A DNA stretch of 64,000 bases, from the NCBI GenBank assembly GCA_012295275.1, contig CM022678.1:4960001-5024000 (forward strand). The letters are read 5' to 3'. This document shows positions 24,441 to 38,408 of this stretch, in pieces (position 1 is the stretch's first letter; each line of letters opens with the position of its first letter). A model generated the notes under the pieces. It was not told the origin of the DNA. It saw nothing but the letters and a program-made list of their open reading frames with translations, and searched no databases. This DNA is from Chrysomallon squamiferum. Its lineage: Eukaryota > Animalia > Mollusca. Position numbers and translations under genes: made by a program.

Positions 24441-25956
24441 CTACACACGGACCTAATTCCTAACTATTATTATTATTATTATTATTATTATTTTTATTTT
24501 GGAGAGTTTTCATCTTCGTGTATTATCAAATGTAAGAAAAAACAAGAATAATAAGAAAAAAAAATAATAAGAAAAAAAATAACATAAGAAATAAACATAG
24601 CTAGGCATATGATCTTCTGAATCTTACGGATGTGGCACAAGATACAGAATTGTATAGAATTATTGTAAAGCCAAACCTAACCTCTCTCTTTTCATTATTG
24701 TTTTGGTACAATGGAACCTCATTCTCTATGAAAAAAAAAAATACTGACATTTTAAAATTAACAAATTCTGCAATGTTCCATTTTTTGGTGTGATTTCACT
24801 CATGTAATTCACGAATAAGGTCACAACAACCTAACTAAAATCAGATAAAACTACCACACAACTGAACAATTCATTTCAAAGAAGTTTGTTGAGATGGTCG
24901 GTACCGATCCATGTGGCTTGGTCTACTCCCAAGGGACTGATGATAAGCACATTGGTTCTAAGAGTTACGTAGATAGATAGCTAGACAGACATATACACAG
25001 ATATCTAGAGACAGACAGATACACAGATTTCTAGAGAGAGACAGATTCACAGATATCTATAGAGAGAGATTTTGATATGTTTTGTTACATTTAAAATTTT
25101 ATTTATCTAATTATCAAAAATGTTTTTATTCAGTAGTGTTACGAGATGTTGTTACAATTTTGATACAGTAACACTGACATATACAAAATAATGCAAATCA
25201 GACTGTATTTTTCAGTCAAAGGCATTTTAACGATTTGTGACATTTTGGTAATAAGTAACGACAATTTTTAAATAAAGGCCATCAAATGAAGACTTAAAAA
25301 ATCATAAAACGTATTCTTTTCGCCAGATATCCCACTAGAAGACATTCTATATGATTTTTTTTTTTTTTTTTTTTTTTTGTTGATAAAATAAGATAACAGC
25401 ATGTATAAGTGTGGTGCAATTTAATAATAAAGTGTATGGACAGATTGCCAGAATATCGATCTCTACCACACCATCCAGTCAGACGAATCTGACTTATGAC
25501 GGATGTTTGTTTAACTTGCTATATTTTAAAACTGTTACTTATGTATGATTCTTGTCACGGTTGAAGATAAAGTAAACATTAAAAAAATATATATATGGGA
25601 TTAAAGCATGACTTTTCTTTTACAAATATCAAAGAAAACTGAAATTTTTTTTTTCAGATTCAAACTCTGTTTAATAAGTGATATATGAGTTTCTAACGTT
25701 GTTGTGATATTTCCTTCTGTTTCAAATTAGTTGTGGTAGAAAATCTCATTAACTACTGGTTTTTCTTTTTAGAATCTCAGAGAATACAACATTTGTTTTA
25801 CACCTGGCAGACTGACATTCTAAATGATACACGAGTACTTAATGTTGATCATTGAAATGGACGAAAAATTGTTGAATAAAAACTAAAAGATAGAACAAAA
25901 TTATTTTATATTTTATTTTGTTATTACTTTCAGTAACTTGTGAGCCGTTTTGAAAG

Positions 25957-27419
25957 TTAATAGTTGACAAACCAGTTGATAGCTTGTTTTACAGAGAAGT
26001 GTCCTTCGTTTGTTTCCTTCCCAACACGTATCTGAGAAATGTCGACATCCCCTTGTGTGGTGACGATCCTGAAAGGTTCATATATGACCTTGGCTTCACC
26101 AGACCCGACTTCTTCAGTACTGACACTCTGACCTAGCTCGGCAGAAATTTCTCCAGAAGGACCTAGGTGAAGGCCTTCTGCCTTGAACAGCAACCATCCT
26201 TTTTCCACACACACATGTGAACTGCCATTTCTGCTGTCATAGTCTACCTGTACCGCCACACGAACCTGAGCTCCATTTTGTATTGCTTTCTTCAACTCGA
26301 CCTTCGATCCGAATGTTAGATCACCATTTTTGTTCGTTGATAAAATCTTCGTCCATGGTCGCGTGTCGACAAACCAGCTGATTGTTTTCTTTTCCGTTGT
26401 TTCATCAACAGATGTACCGTCAACAAACAGGACATTTCGCGTGTTAATCGTCCCAGTCGTGCGAGCTCTCTGCAAGACCCTAATCAACTGCCTGCCTCCT
26501 GCATTATTCAAATTCCGATAGACACGATTCAGAAGTTGTACGGAAACATGTCCGGACTTCGTCCTTACGTTATTTGCCTCTGCGGAATAGTTTCCCATGA
26601 CAATCTTCACTCTGTGTCCACTCTGAACGGCAGAAACAAGTTCAGAAAGAGTCCCATCTTGTTCTGTTCCATTTTCGTCATGGGTGTATACGTGTCGCCA
26701 GCAAGTGTCAGCAAGCCATGTTGTTGGAAATATAGTAGTTTCGTTCTCTAATGGATAAAACATAGTAAAGACGTATAAACTGTTTCGAAATTGCTGAGCA
26801 GAAACATCTGCGAAATACCAAACTGGCTGCTGATAACTGAAAAAAGCTCCGGGTTCAGGGAAAATTGTCTTGTGACCTAAAACGTTTTCATCCGTGGTAA
26901 TTTCTGTGGCATACAATTCGAACATGAAACGATCGACAGAAACTATGATGTCATGACCGTTTAGCACAGAGTTAGTAAGCGCCATTTTGCTTTCCTTTAT
27001 TGCTTCTTCGGTAAACTTACAAGGAGAAAGTTGGAGCCGACAAGAAGACTTTTTAGTAAACCATTGGATTCCCTCAGTAAAGCCGTCAGCCTGTATCCAT
27101 TCGTTCGTGTCCACTTTGTAGTACTGTTCCGAATAAAGTCCAGACGAGCAAACAAAAAAGAAACGAAGATAGAGATCGTCTGCAAAAGTGTTCGAGACAT
27201 TGTTACTCATATGCGTTCGTGATACTGAGCAAATGCTTTTTCCATCACTGAAATAAAAATCTGTATCTCCAATGTAGCCTTCAGTGCCCCACGATGAAAT
27301 CAGAAACCTAATTGGATTACTGTTATACACAGCAAGCGCAAGATCATCCACAGATCCGTTAACTGCATTACCTTTGTCGTCGTTCTCGTAGATCTTGTAC
27401 CATCGACTGTCACATGTAT
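25957..27419 (-). CDS. Gene D main exon: divergent, array-less four-domain paralog (~518 aa with the signal exon)
   Basis: Acceptor tttcag| at 27420-27421; (D)TCDSRWYKIYENDDKGNAVNGSV runs in frame into the 464-aa ORF ending WFVNY*; all four domain motifs present. Confidence 0.9.
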
Positions 27420-27611
27420 CTGAAAAATAAAATTACTTATAATGTATTTGTAAGTGTGCTAGGTTTACTGTGTTTGAATAGGCAGCAGTTAATCACTATA
27501 CTGAAGTAGTTTACATTCTGTTTCTTTTGACCAGTTAAAATTAAGAAATCGCACCCCAGTATCGAAACAATACGAACATGACAACACTTTAATATAATAA
27601 TAATAATGATC

Positions 27612-27682
<71 letters not shown>

Positions 27683-27793
27683 TAGTAAAAGTGATTATTA
27701 TATATATGAGTTAAATATTTATGCATACTAAATATGCTAAAAGTTGATAGTGACAGAAATCTGAGAATAAGTAAACTAAATACATATACATAC

Positions 27794-27887
27794 CACATGC
27801 AGTTGGAATAGTTGCAGCCGTTGGTACAATAGCAATAATAAATACCACATAGTGTAAGACGACTGTAGTAGAGCACATCTCCATCAT
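27794..27887 (-). CDS. Gene D signal-peptide exon MMEMCSTTVVLHYVVFIIAIVPTAATIPTAC(G)
   Basis: 94 nt, phase 1, donor gtatgt at 27793-27788, acceptor ttccag just upstream; hydrophobic core; ends TGT-G like the paralogs. Confidence 0.8.
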
Positions 27888-28508
27888 ATTAAACTGGAAC
27901 TGGAAAAACAGTAAGCGTGATTATTCAAATACATTGAACTTAGCTTAAAAGCACTAATTAAAAGAATGTGCATAGAGTTTACACTTAAGGACAAACCTAA
28001 TATCTTAATACTATGTAGGCTTTTATTTAATTATTTGTTTGTTTATTTACACTTGTATTTATTTATTTATTTTCATTTCTTGGTTTGCTTGAGGGTTTTC
28101 TTTTTTTAAATTATTATTTGTTTATATAGGTCACAAGTTATAAGTAATAATAGTATATTTTAGCGTTTATCGTATGAAGTGTTCATGTGGTGCTTTAGAA
28201 CAATACTAGTGATGCCTGGAAAACTCATTTATATCTGATTAACGGATGACATCAGTACCACTTGACTAAGCAGTCAGTTTAAAACAAAATGATCTGTATG
28301 GATCCCTGACATCCAGGACTTTTCTCAGTGGTTCAGAGAGATCTACAGGTTGGTTGTTGACAGGATGAATTGGTTTTAGGAGTTTTATTCTTATTATATT
28401 CTTATTTAGCGGCTATATGTTATTGCTCTTATCCGATCGGTGATTAAGTGGTTGTGCCATATTTCAGAAACAGTCTAGTTACGGCCATGATATTTTCATC
28501 GATGTGTC

Positions 28509-28560
<52 letters not shown>

Positions 28561-28938
28561 CAAAGAATACAATCTCACACAGACGGTAAATATATGTATA
28601 TAATTTGTTATTCATTACTGAAAATTAATTTATTTTCTTTTGGTTTTCTTTTTATATTATCTATTTATTAAAAACAATTTTCCTTCACCTATTTAACTGT
28701 TTTAATTTTAAGAACTACAAATCCTGAGTCTTTTCGCGAACTTGGTTTCCCAATAACAATAAAGTAATAAAGAAAAATCAATGAAAGGTTATGGAAGAAG
28801 TTATTAATCTGCATCACTATTTCTCTATCCATAATCGGAACAAAACTGTTCAGAGAAAAAGGAAAATTAGAAATAAGCAACACAAAACGTCCAATAAATA
28901 ATTTCAATTCTGAACAATGTTGATGATATATGAATTGG

Positions 28939-29014
28939 ACTTACCCTTGACTAGCTCACTATCTCTGCGATTCACTTCAGATGTGACAAATTCACTGACT
29001 GTGTTAAACTTATA
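28939..29014 (-). promoter_or_regulatory. Gene D TATA/Inr/exon-1 cassette
   Basis: TATAAG at 29014-29009 and donor GTAAGT at 28944-28939. Confidence 0.65.
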
Positions 29015-29824
29015 CAAATATTCAATTCAGCTGATAATTTGTTTTTATGTTGCATCACAGCTTGTAATCTCCACATGTGGGCTTCAGTCAAATGATCCTA
29101 GGTTTGATTAAAATTATTTCTCTTTAGAAATCAATAAAAAAGTACGAACTAACTTTGGTATATTTCAGATTGATCACTTTCCTCGTAATAAAGTTTCAAA
29201 ATAATGAACAGGCTTAATTCATATATTTGTGCATTATCCATTTTTTAACTTAATGCGTTTTGTAACGTAATCCTGAATCAGTCAGGCTGATTTGTTGAAA
29301 AAAATTACTATGATATTAAACGGCAAAGTTTTTAGTTAAAAACATGTCTTTTATGTTTTGTCATATATCGTATAGAAATTTATTTTATTTATATTTGTGT
29401 GCGACTGTGGTCATGTTTGAAGTTAACTTAAACATTTGAATGAGAGAAAGTGATTAAATGATTCCATGAAAAAGTATGAAAAAGAAAATGTGTTTTCCAT
29501 AGATCGAACTGTGTTTGGTGAACGATAGACGTGTTGTTCGCCTTGTTCTGATGTCACCTTTGCTGAGATTAATTTGAAATCAACTGTTTCAGTTTACACA
29601 TTTCAGAAAGAAATTAACATTACAATCAGTCTATCTGAAGCCAGGGTTTAAAATTTCACGTACTAAAAATTCGTCAAAGTCGTTGAGGAATAGGTTTCGT
29701 CAATAAGTTTTATTGACGTGTTTCTAACAAGAAAGAAGCAAACATGCAAAACAACAACAAACAACTTCTCCCGAAAGAAAGAAAGAAGAAAAATATCAGA
29801 CAATGCAGAGAAAGAAATGAATGT

Positions 29825-29855
<31 letters not shown>

Positions 29856-30336
29856 AAGAAATAAGAAACAAACAAACAAAAAGACAATTTAAACAAAATG
29901 TACCTGAGATACACTTTACGGTTTCATTTTCATTTTCTTTACTTGAAGTCAGTAAAATTGCCACGTATAAAACGATATACACGTTTATCAGCATAAATCT
30001 GAGCAACACGGTTATACATATCGTAATGTAATTTATTTCACGACAGCAATTTTCTGATAACCTTAAATTCCAATCAGATATAATGTTATGAAAAAAAAAA
30101 AAAAAAAACATATGTGGCTAATGGATAATCAATATTTCAGTAGCCCTCAGAATAGCCTGAATAGTTAATATTTCAGAATCCTCGCGTACTAATTAGTTTA
30201 TGTGAATAAAGATTTCTTTTGTATTCTCATTAAAATAGTCTGACAAAACTGCTGTCGTTATGCGCGTTTTGTACCTGCCCAACACTGTAGATACTCAAAA
30301 TAAAATCAATACAGTTTTTTCATCTATTTACATATA

Positions 30337-30412
<76 letters not shown>

Positions 30413-31777
30413 CATCATTATTATTACAACATTATTATAATGTCAACATATATCAGACGTAGGGGAAGATATAGACGACAATTCTACGGAGTGTAAAGTA
30501 GTTTCACTAGCACATTTCTTTGATCATTTAATATAAGCAGGAAACTGATGAGGTATCTCCTGTTCTTTTTCTGTAAATTATAAAATTTAAGATTTATTTC
30601 AGTGAGAAAATTGTCATTGTAGCCATTTCACTACAGAGTTAGTGATTTGTCAAGACTGCACTGTTTTGAAAGTGTGTTCAGTTCTCCTGATGCTAATTAT
30701 ACAGTATTCCTTTTAAAATAGTAGATAATACATTGATTTTGTTATATATTAATATAGCAATTCATTTTATATGTGAACTGACCATTTATATTAACGCCGG
30801 TAACAACTACAAATTAATTTTCGTTTTTTTCTATTTTTTATTTATTTATTTATTTTATTTGCTGTATCTTCTATTAAGACTTAGCATAAGAAATCAGGGA
30901 TACTGCTCCTTAAAGTGGTACTGATAATATATTTTTAATTTTGACAAATAGAAGCACCCACACTTGAATATATATTATTTATTATTCTAGCCTTTTACGA
31001 CGAACGTAGTCCTGTCGTAAAACTTGCCGATGCAATGGTATTAAAGGATTGTTGCCAATCATTTACGCTTGTGAAAAGCTGAAAATATTTAAGAAAATTT
31101 CAAACACAGAATGAATATTCTAGTGACGTAAAAGAAATTGTACCTCTAGATACAATATTGATTACTCATTAGCCAGGTGACTTTATTAAAACTGACTGCT
31201 GTGAATGACATTAAATTAGCATCTGTTATACAAATGTTTCTTTTTTATTGAATGGAAAAATAAAAGAAGAGAACTGTCAATCAAACTGTTGAAGATGTGA
31301 CTTAGTGCATGTTTTTTCCCTTTTTTTCCCTTTTTTTCCCCTGTTTTGTATTGGTACATTTTGTTTTGTTTTTTACGTGGCCGAAAACACACTAAAACAA
31401 TGTAGACATTTTTTGGATTCTGGTATATTTATGTATTTATTTAATGTTTTGTTCTTGCATATTAGAGGCAGAACTTCTCAGAAGTTAATTAATTAATTAA
31501 TTAATTTATTTTATGCTGTTTTATGCTATGTCAGTGACATTAGCATTTTGCAACAGAAAGAAACGGAACTAGAAATTTCGTAAATAAGCATTAACAGTAT
31601 TTAAATGTTATTGTTATTTTATGTATATATTCACATAGTGTAAGGGGCAAAACCTACTTGGTTTTTTCGGTACAGGTTTTTTCAATACAGTCAAAGGCTG
31701 TGTGCATTATGAAACGTAAACAAAGAAATAAGATAATAATATTCAATAGAGATAAGCATGGCTAGGTATATGATCTT

Positions 31778-31820
<43 letters not shown>

Positions 31821-33257
31821 GCTGTAGTGTATACAACTAGTGCTCTGAAAAAGGAGCAGGAGGAATCTTAAAGTTCATCGACAAAATATTTCCATTATCT
31901 TGACGTCTCTACACATCTTAGAAACATTTGTCACAATATACACGTGTCTATCCTTTTGATCCAACGATGGTCAATGTTCTAGTATTCTAGTTTTTAATTA
32001 TTAGTACTTCGCGTTTCGTATTGACATTGTCAGTAACGTAATTAACATACGGAAAGTATGGCACGGGCTCTGGACTGATTTTAAAAGACAACAACAAGAA
32101 ACAAAAAAAAAAAAAAAAAAAAAACAAACAAAACAAAAACAAATCAACAACGAAAAAACAAAAGAAAAGGAACAACAAAAGCCCCCACGTAAAAAAACAC
32201 ACAAAAAAACAACAAAACAACAACCCCCACAAAAAAAAAAAACCCAACAAAAAAACAACAACAAACCTATAATATAAACAGTTACATCTACGAATAGATG
32301 TCACTAAAATGAACGTCGTATTTATTGTAATATTTTATTTTATCTTGCTTCTAGAAATGACGTCACAAAAGATGAACCTTCGTTCTCAGTGGATTACTAC
32401 GTTTTGAATTTTGATTCTGTTATTCGATCAAGTAATTAATTCCAAAAGGGTGACAACTCTTGGTAATATGTCTGTTGTATGGTTCCCAAGACCAGTAACA
32501 GAATGCGTCACAGCCATGTTGTTTTAAAGTTAATGTCAATTATTGCTTCCTAAAATATAATTGACTTTAGCGCAAAAAAAGTAATAGAATAAAATAAAAC
32601 AAAAATAGAACAAATAAATGAATGAATGAATGAACAAATGAACAAATGAATGAATAAATAAATAAATCAATAAATAAATCAATAAGTACATCAATAAGTA
32701 TCTGAAATGAGTTGATGGACTTTTCACAATAAGTCCTTTCTGGTCTTTTCTGGTCGCTATAATATTCGACTATATTGTTTATTTATTAAAGGATTTAGAA
32801 AAATCTAAACAATTAACAAGTACGAACGTAATTTTTCGTCTGTCTTTATGATATCGTTCACACGTTTTCCATTACTGTAAACTAAAGGCCAATTTCAAAT
32901 GATATAAAATGAAGAAAGAACAAATGTATGTGTGTTTGTGGGTAGATTTAATTTTGGATATATTTATTTATTTATTTATTTATTTATTTATTGAAGGATT
33001 CAGAAAAATCAAGAAAATTAACATGTAAAAAAGTAATTTTTCGACTGTTAATTTTTCTGTTTGTCAATCAGTTTGAGGAATCAATGAAAATACTTATATT
33101 GAGTTCTTCTGGCATGTTAGAAAATTTATCTTACTTTTTAAGTAGGAGCGTATCGTTAAAATGTTTCACAGCTTCTACGAGGGGAATAAAGGTGATATTC
33201 AAAGACCAGAATATCTAACATGTGTACTACTACTACTACTACTACTACTATTACTAT

Positions 33258-33301
<44 letters not shown>

Positions 33302-33408
33302 ATTATAATAATATAATAATAACAAAGAACAAGAACAAGAACAAAATCTTTAGTTTACTTTATTGCTGTACGTATCTATCTATCTATCTATCTATATATA
33401 TCTGTTTG

Positions 33409-33447
<39 letters not shown>

Positions 33448-33450
<3 letters not shown>

Positions 33451-33592
33451 ATAATTGACAAACCATTTGGTGGCATATTTAACAGAAAAGTGACCGTCGT
33501 TTCTGGTAACTCCTACCTCTCTGAGAGACGTCGACATCACCTTGTGTAGTGACGATCATGTATTTCCAGTAGGTATTTTTCTTTATTCTTTT
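33448..33592 (-). pseudogene. Damaged C-terminal tail of gene E
   Basis: IKKNTYWKYMIVTTQGDVDVSQRG followed by a 2-nt deletion; the DDC..QEW..ELLQSV..GS segment is deleted. Confidence 0.8.
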
Positions 33593-33594
33593 TC

Positions 33595-35110
33595 TTGTCC
33601 TCCATCTGGTTTTCCTTGACCTCCACCTGGTTTTCCTTGTCCTCCATCTGGTTTTCCTTGACCTCCACCTGGTTTTCCTTGTCCTCCATCTGGTTTTCCT
33701 TGACCTCCACCTGGTTTTCCTTGTCCTCCATCTGGTTTTCCTTGACCTCCATCTGGTTTTCCTTGACCTCCATCTGGTTTTCCTTGACCTGCATCTGGTT
33801 TTCCTTGTCCGCCACCTGGTTTTCCTTCTCCTCCATCTGGTTTTCCTTGACCTCCATCTGGTTTTCCTTGACCTCCACCTGGTTTTCCTTGTCCTCCATC
33901 TGGTTTTCCTTGACCTCCACCTGGTTTTCCTTGTCCTCAATCTGGTTTTCCTTGACCTCCACCTGGTTTTCCTTGACCTCCATCAGATTTTCCTTGCCCT
34001 CCATCTGATTTTCCTTGACCTCCACCTGGTTTTCCTTGTCCTCCATCTGATTTTCCTCGACCTCCACCTGGTTTTCCTTGTCCTCCATCTGGTTTTCCTC
34101 GGCCTCCATCTGGTTTTCCTTGTCCTCCATCTGGTTTTCCTTGTCCTCCATCTGGTTTTCCTTGACCTCCACCTGGTTTTCCTTGTCCTCCATCTGGTTT
34201 TCCTTGACCTCCACCTGGTTTTCCTTGTCCTCCATCTGGTTTTCCTTGACCTCCACCTGGTTTTCCTTGTCCTCCATCTGGTTTTCCTTGACCTCCATCT
34301 GGTTTTCCTTGACCTCCATCTGGTTTTCCTTGACCTCCATCTGGTTTTCCTTGTCCGCCACCTGGTTTTCCTTCTCCTCCTTCTGGTTTTCCTTGACCTC
34401 CACCTGGTTTTCCTTGACCTCCACCTGGTTTTCCTTGTCCTCCATCTGGTTTTCCTTGACCTCCACCTGGTTTTCCTTGTCCTCCATCTGGTTTTCCTTG
34501 ACCTCCATCTGGTTTTCCTTGACCTCCATCTGGTTTTCCTTGTCCGCCACCTGGTTTTCCTTCTCCTCCATCTGGTTTTCCTTGACCTCCATCTGGTTTT
34601 CCTTGTCCTCCATCTGGTTTTCCTTGTCGCCACCTGGTTTTCCTTGACCTCCATCTGGTTTTCCTTGTCCGCCACCTGGTTTTCCTTGTCCTCCATCTGG
34701 TTTTCCTTGTCCTCCATCTGGTTTTCCTTGACCTCCACCTGGTTTTCCTTGTCCTCCATCTGGTTTTCCTTGACCTCCACCTGGTTTTCCTTGTCCTCCA
34801 TCTGGTTTTCCTTGACCTCCACCTGGTTTTCCTTGTCCTCCATCTGGTTTTCCTTGACCTCCATCTGGTTTTCCTTGACCTCCATCTGGTTTTCCTTGAC
34901 CTCCATCTGGTTTTCCTTGACCTCCATCTGGTTTTCCTTGTCCGCCACCTGGTTTTCCTTCTCCTCCATCTGGTTTTCCTTGACCTCCATCTGGTTTTCC
35001 TTGTCCTCCATCTGGTTTTCCTTGTCGCCACCTGGTTTTCCTTGACCTCCATCTGGTTTTCCTTGACCCCCACCTGGTTTTTCTTGACCTCCACCTGGTT
35101 TTCCTTGTCC
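33595..35110 (-). repeat. 21-bp minisatellite of gene E, ~72 units, GKP(D/G)GGQ variant
   Basis: GGAAAACCAG(A/G)TGGAGG(T/A)CAA tandem units; two 20-nt variant units at ~34625 and ~35025. Confidence 0.95.
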
Positions 35111-36375
35111 TCCACATGGTTTGCCGAGCCTGTTCCACAGACATCCGCCTTGTCCGTCATTTCCCCAGCAGACAATCTCTCTTTTCTTCGGAGTGTTTGA
35201 AGCTGGTTTGCTGTCATCAATCAGAAGAGCCACACGTATCTCTGCACTATTTTCAACAGCGGTTCTCAACTCGGACTTCGATCCAAATACTACATCGCTG
35301 TTTTTGTTGGTTGTCAAAACATTTTTCCATGGTTTTCTGTCAACAAACCATTTGACTGTTTTCTTTTCCGTTCCTTCACCAACAGGAGTACCATCAAATA
35401 ACCAGTACTTAAGTGTCACCAATGATCCCGTCGTATGCGCCATCTGCCAGAACCAAACTCCTTTGTGTTTGCCTTCGACCTTTTCACGATAGACACGATT
35501 CAAAAGCTGAGCAGAAAGCTGTCCCGATTTTATCCTCACGTTGTCTGCCTCAATCGAGAAGTTTCCCATCATTACTTTCACCCTGTGTCCATGACTAATG
35601 GAACAAATCAGGTCAGTAAAAGACCCGTCAACTCCATCACCATTTTCATCATTCGTAAACACGTGTTTCCAACAGGAGTCGGCGTACCACCTACCCGGCA
35701 TCCTCATTCTGGATCGAGTCATATACTTGTCTCCGGGTTTAATGGCATTTTTCTCCGTGATACCTCTTGTATGGATGTCCATGAAGCTCCACAAAGGATG
35801 TTCAGTCATCGTTACGTGCCAGAGAAATTGTCCGATGACGGCCCCATCTTCGGTAATGTCTACATTTCGACATGGATGCCTCACTTTATTGTTCCACAGT
35901 TCTATGATGTCGTTTCCAGATACAACTGATGAGATTACCTTATTTACTGAGCCTCTAATTACTTTCCCATTTTTAGCGTGTTTTAGTACCATTGACACGC
36001 ACGAAGATTTCTTCGCAAACCACTTGATTCCCGCTTTATACTCCTTGTGGCTTATTTCCGTGAAGTTGTTCACGTTGTACCTTGTTTCCAATATCTTTCC
36101 TTTAGAGCTGAGTCTTAAGAGGCGATGATACGGTTCTTCTTCAAAAGTTTTCCAGCTGGCCTTACTTACGTATGACATTGACATGAAAATGAGATCAACA
36201 GAGGGAAAAGTCCGGTCAGAGTTAGCAGCGTATCCTTCTTCTCCTAATGATGGAATTAGAAATCTGATAGGTTCCGCCCGTTTCATAGCATTCCGAAGGT
36301 ATCTAATGTTACCAGAAACAGCTCTTCCTTTGTCGTTGATCTCATACACCTTACGCCATCGAGTGTTACACGATG
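33983..36375 (-). CDS. Gene E main exon: domains 1-3 and half of domain 4 intact, then the array is read through all three frames (~825 aa total; possibly a pseudogene)
   Basis: Acceptor at 36376-36377; (S)SCNTRWRKVY is in frame with the 788-aa ORF. Confidence 0.7.
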
Positions 36376-36831
36376 CTGGAAGGTGAAAAATTCATAACGT
36401 AACAAAATAAAATGGACGCAATTTGATGGATGTCAAACCCTCCTCAGAAAAATGGAAGCTTGTGCCTATAAATGATGTAATACAATTTTGTTTTTTATAT
36501 TTCAAGTTATTATATTATTATTTTGTGGAATTAGTCGTCGCTAATGGCAAAGTACGACAGTAAAATAATGCTGTTACAAACTAAGTGAATGCCTTATTTT
36601 GCGTATTGAAGAGCAGCTATATTTTTCCTATTTTTATTTCTTTATTTTTCCGTAGCTAATTCTTGGATCATCAAAAGTACTATTTAATGGTTTAGGAACT
36701 AAGTGTCTCGTTCAGTTTTCCATCAACCTCAACGTATTTTATATCAACAGAAATCTCAATTAGCTGTAGTTGTTTCATATCTAGATGCATTACACGATTT
36801 AACTGTTTATATGTAGATATAACGTTTTTTT

Positions 36832-36866
<35 letters not shown>

Positions 36867-37009
36867 TATTCCCAGCATCATCGTATGAATGTAACAGAAG
36901 ACCAGTCTCTATTATACTTTTACAGAAATTACAGCTAAGGACTCTGGTATATAAAAGTATAGTAAACATTAAAGTGAGAAATAAAGAAAAGAAATCAAGA
37001 TATTCTTAC

Positions 37010-37094
37010 AACATTGTTTTGCAGTTGCTGTTGTAGTTGTGAGTAGAACTAGGAGAAGTTTCGCTAAGCATGGTAGACTTGAAACACGCTTCAT
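37010..37094 (-). CDS. Gene E signal-peptide exon MKRVSSLPCLAKLLLVLLTTTTATAKQC(T)
   Basis: ATG at 37094, 85 nt, phase 1, donor gtaaga. Confidence 0.85.
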
Positions 37095-37521
37095 AATGAA
37101 CTCAGTCTGAAATAGATTGCTATTATTATTATTATTATTATTTTTTTTTTTATTATTACTTACAAAAATGGGAAACAATACAAGAACGAATTGAAATATA
37201 ATATAAATTAATAAAATATTATAAATATAAAGGTAATACGATTGCATGGCTACAATGCTGTCGTATGTTATATATCTTTTAGTATTATTTGATTTATTTA
37301 TTCATTACTGCTTATAGTATTAATGTATATTTTATTTTATTGATAAATGATATTAAGAATAAACTGTTGTAGTTATAAAGTATTAGATTTCAATATAGCG
37401 TTTCGGGCTTGATTAATTTATAAAATTTTATTTGTTACTTGAAAAAACTTAAGAAGTAAGCAAAGCAAAATTTCCAGTAGATAATTTCTGTTCTGAACAC
37501 TTCTGCTGATATATGAATTGG

Positions 37522-37583
37522 ACTTACCCGTAACTAGCTCACTATCTCTTCAAATGTGACAAATTCACTGTCTTAAATTTATA
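37522..37583 (-). promoter_or_regulatory. Gene E TATA/Inr/exon-1 cassette
   Basis: TATAAA at 37583-37578 and donor GTAAGT at 37527-37522. Confidence 0.65.
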
Positions 37584-37797
37584 CAAATATTCAAATTAGC
37601 TGATAATTTGTTTTCGTGTTAAATCAGAGCTTGTAATCGCAACATGTGGGCTTCAGTCAAATGATTTTAGCGTTGAAAACAATTATTTCTCTTTAGAAAT
37701 CAATAGAAAGAGATCAAACTAACTTTCTTGATATTTCTAATTTATTATCAACATTTCCTGGTAATAAAGTTTCAAAATAACGAAATGTGTATATATA

Positions 37798-37830
<33 letters not shown>

Positions 37831-38331
37831 ATTTAGATAGATAGATAGATAGATACAAACCTATATTTATTTATATATATCTTCATCGTTAATCAGTCAG
37901 GTGAATTATAGAATTCTATGATATCAAAGTTTCTAGTTCAAATGCCTTTTCTGTTTTGGCATACATCGTGTTGAAATTTATTTTATGAAGATAAGATTGT
38001 TTTGTAAACGTGCTGCTTCGGTTTTACGTATTTATTCGAGCATAATATGCACCTTTTTCACACTTACTTGTATAAATATTGTCGGTATATTCACAGCATA
38101 CGATAACAGAATTAGTTTTTTTTAATTATTATTTTCTTTTTGAAGCAGTTTTAATATAATATTTTGTTCCTTTGTTTGTTTCTTTGTTTGCTTGTTTGTT
38201 TATCTATTTGTTTATTTATTTATTTATTTATTTTTGTTGATTTAAACAATGTACCGATCTGATTTAGATATTCCCTGTGTCTGTAATCTCCGCGTTTGAA
38301 ATCATTCCGATTAAAACATCGCACTTACTAG

Positions 38332-38364
<33 letters not shown>

Positions 38365-38366
38365 AA

Positions 38367-38408
<42 letters not shown>

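Noticed and set aside
30990-31310. Small hairpin (TTTTACGAC...GTCGTAAAA) and coding-like composition
   Set aside because: Only a 9-bp stem, no Helitron-type CTRR end at the expected distance, and multiple stops in the frame I read; no recognisable homology.
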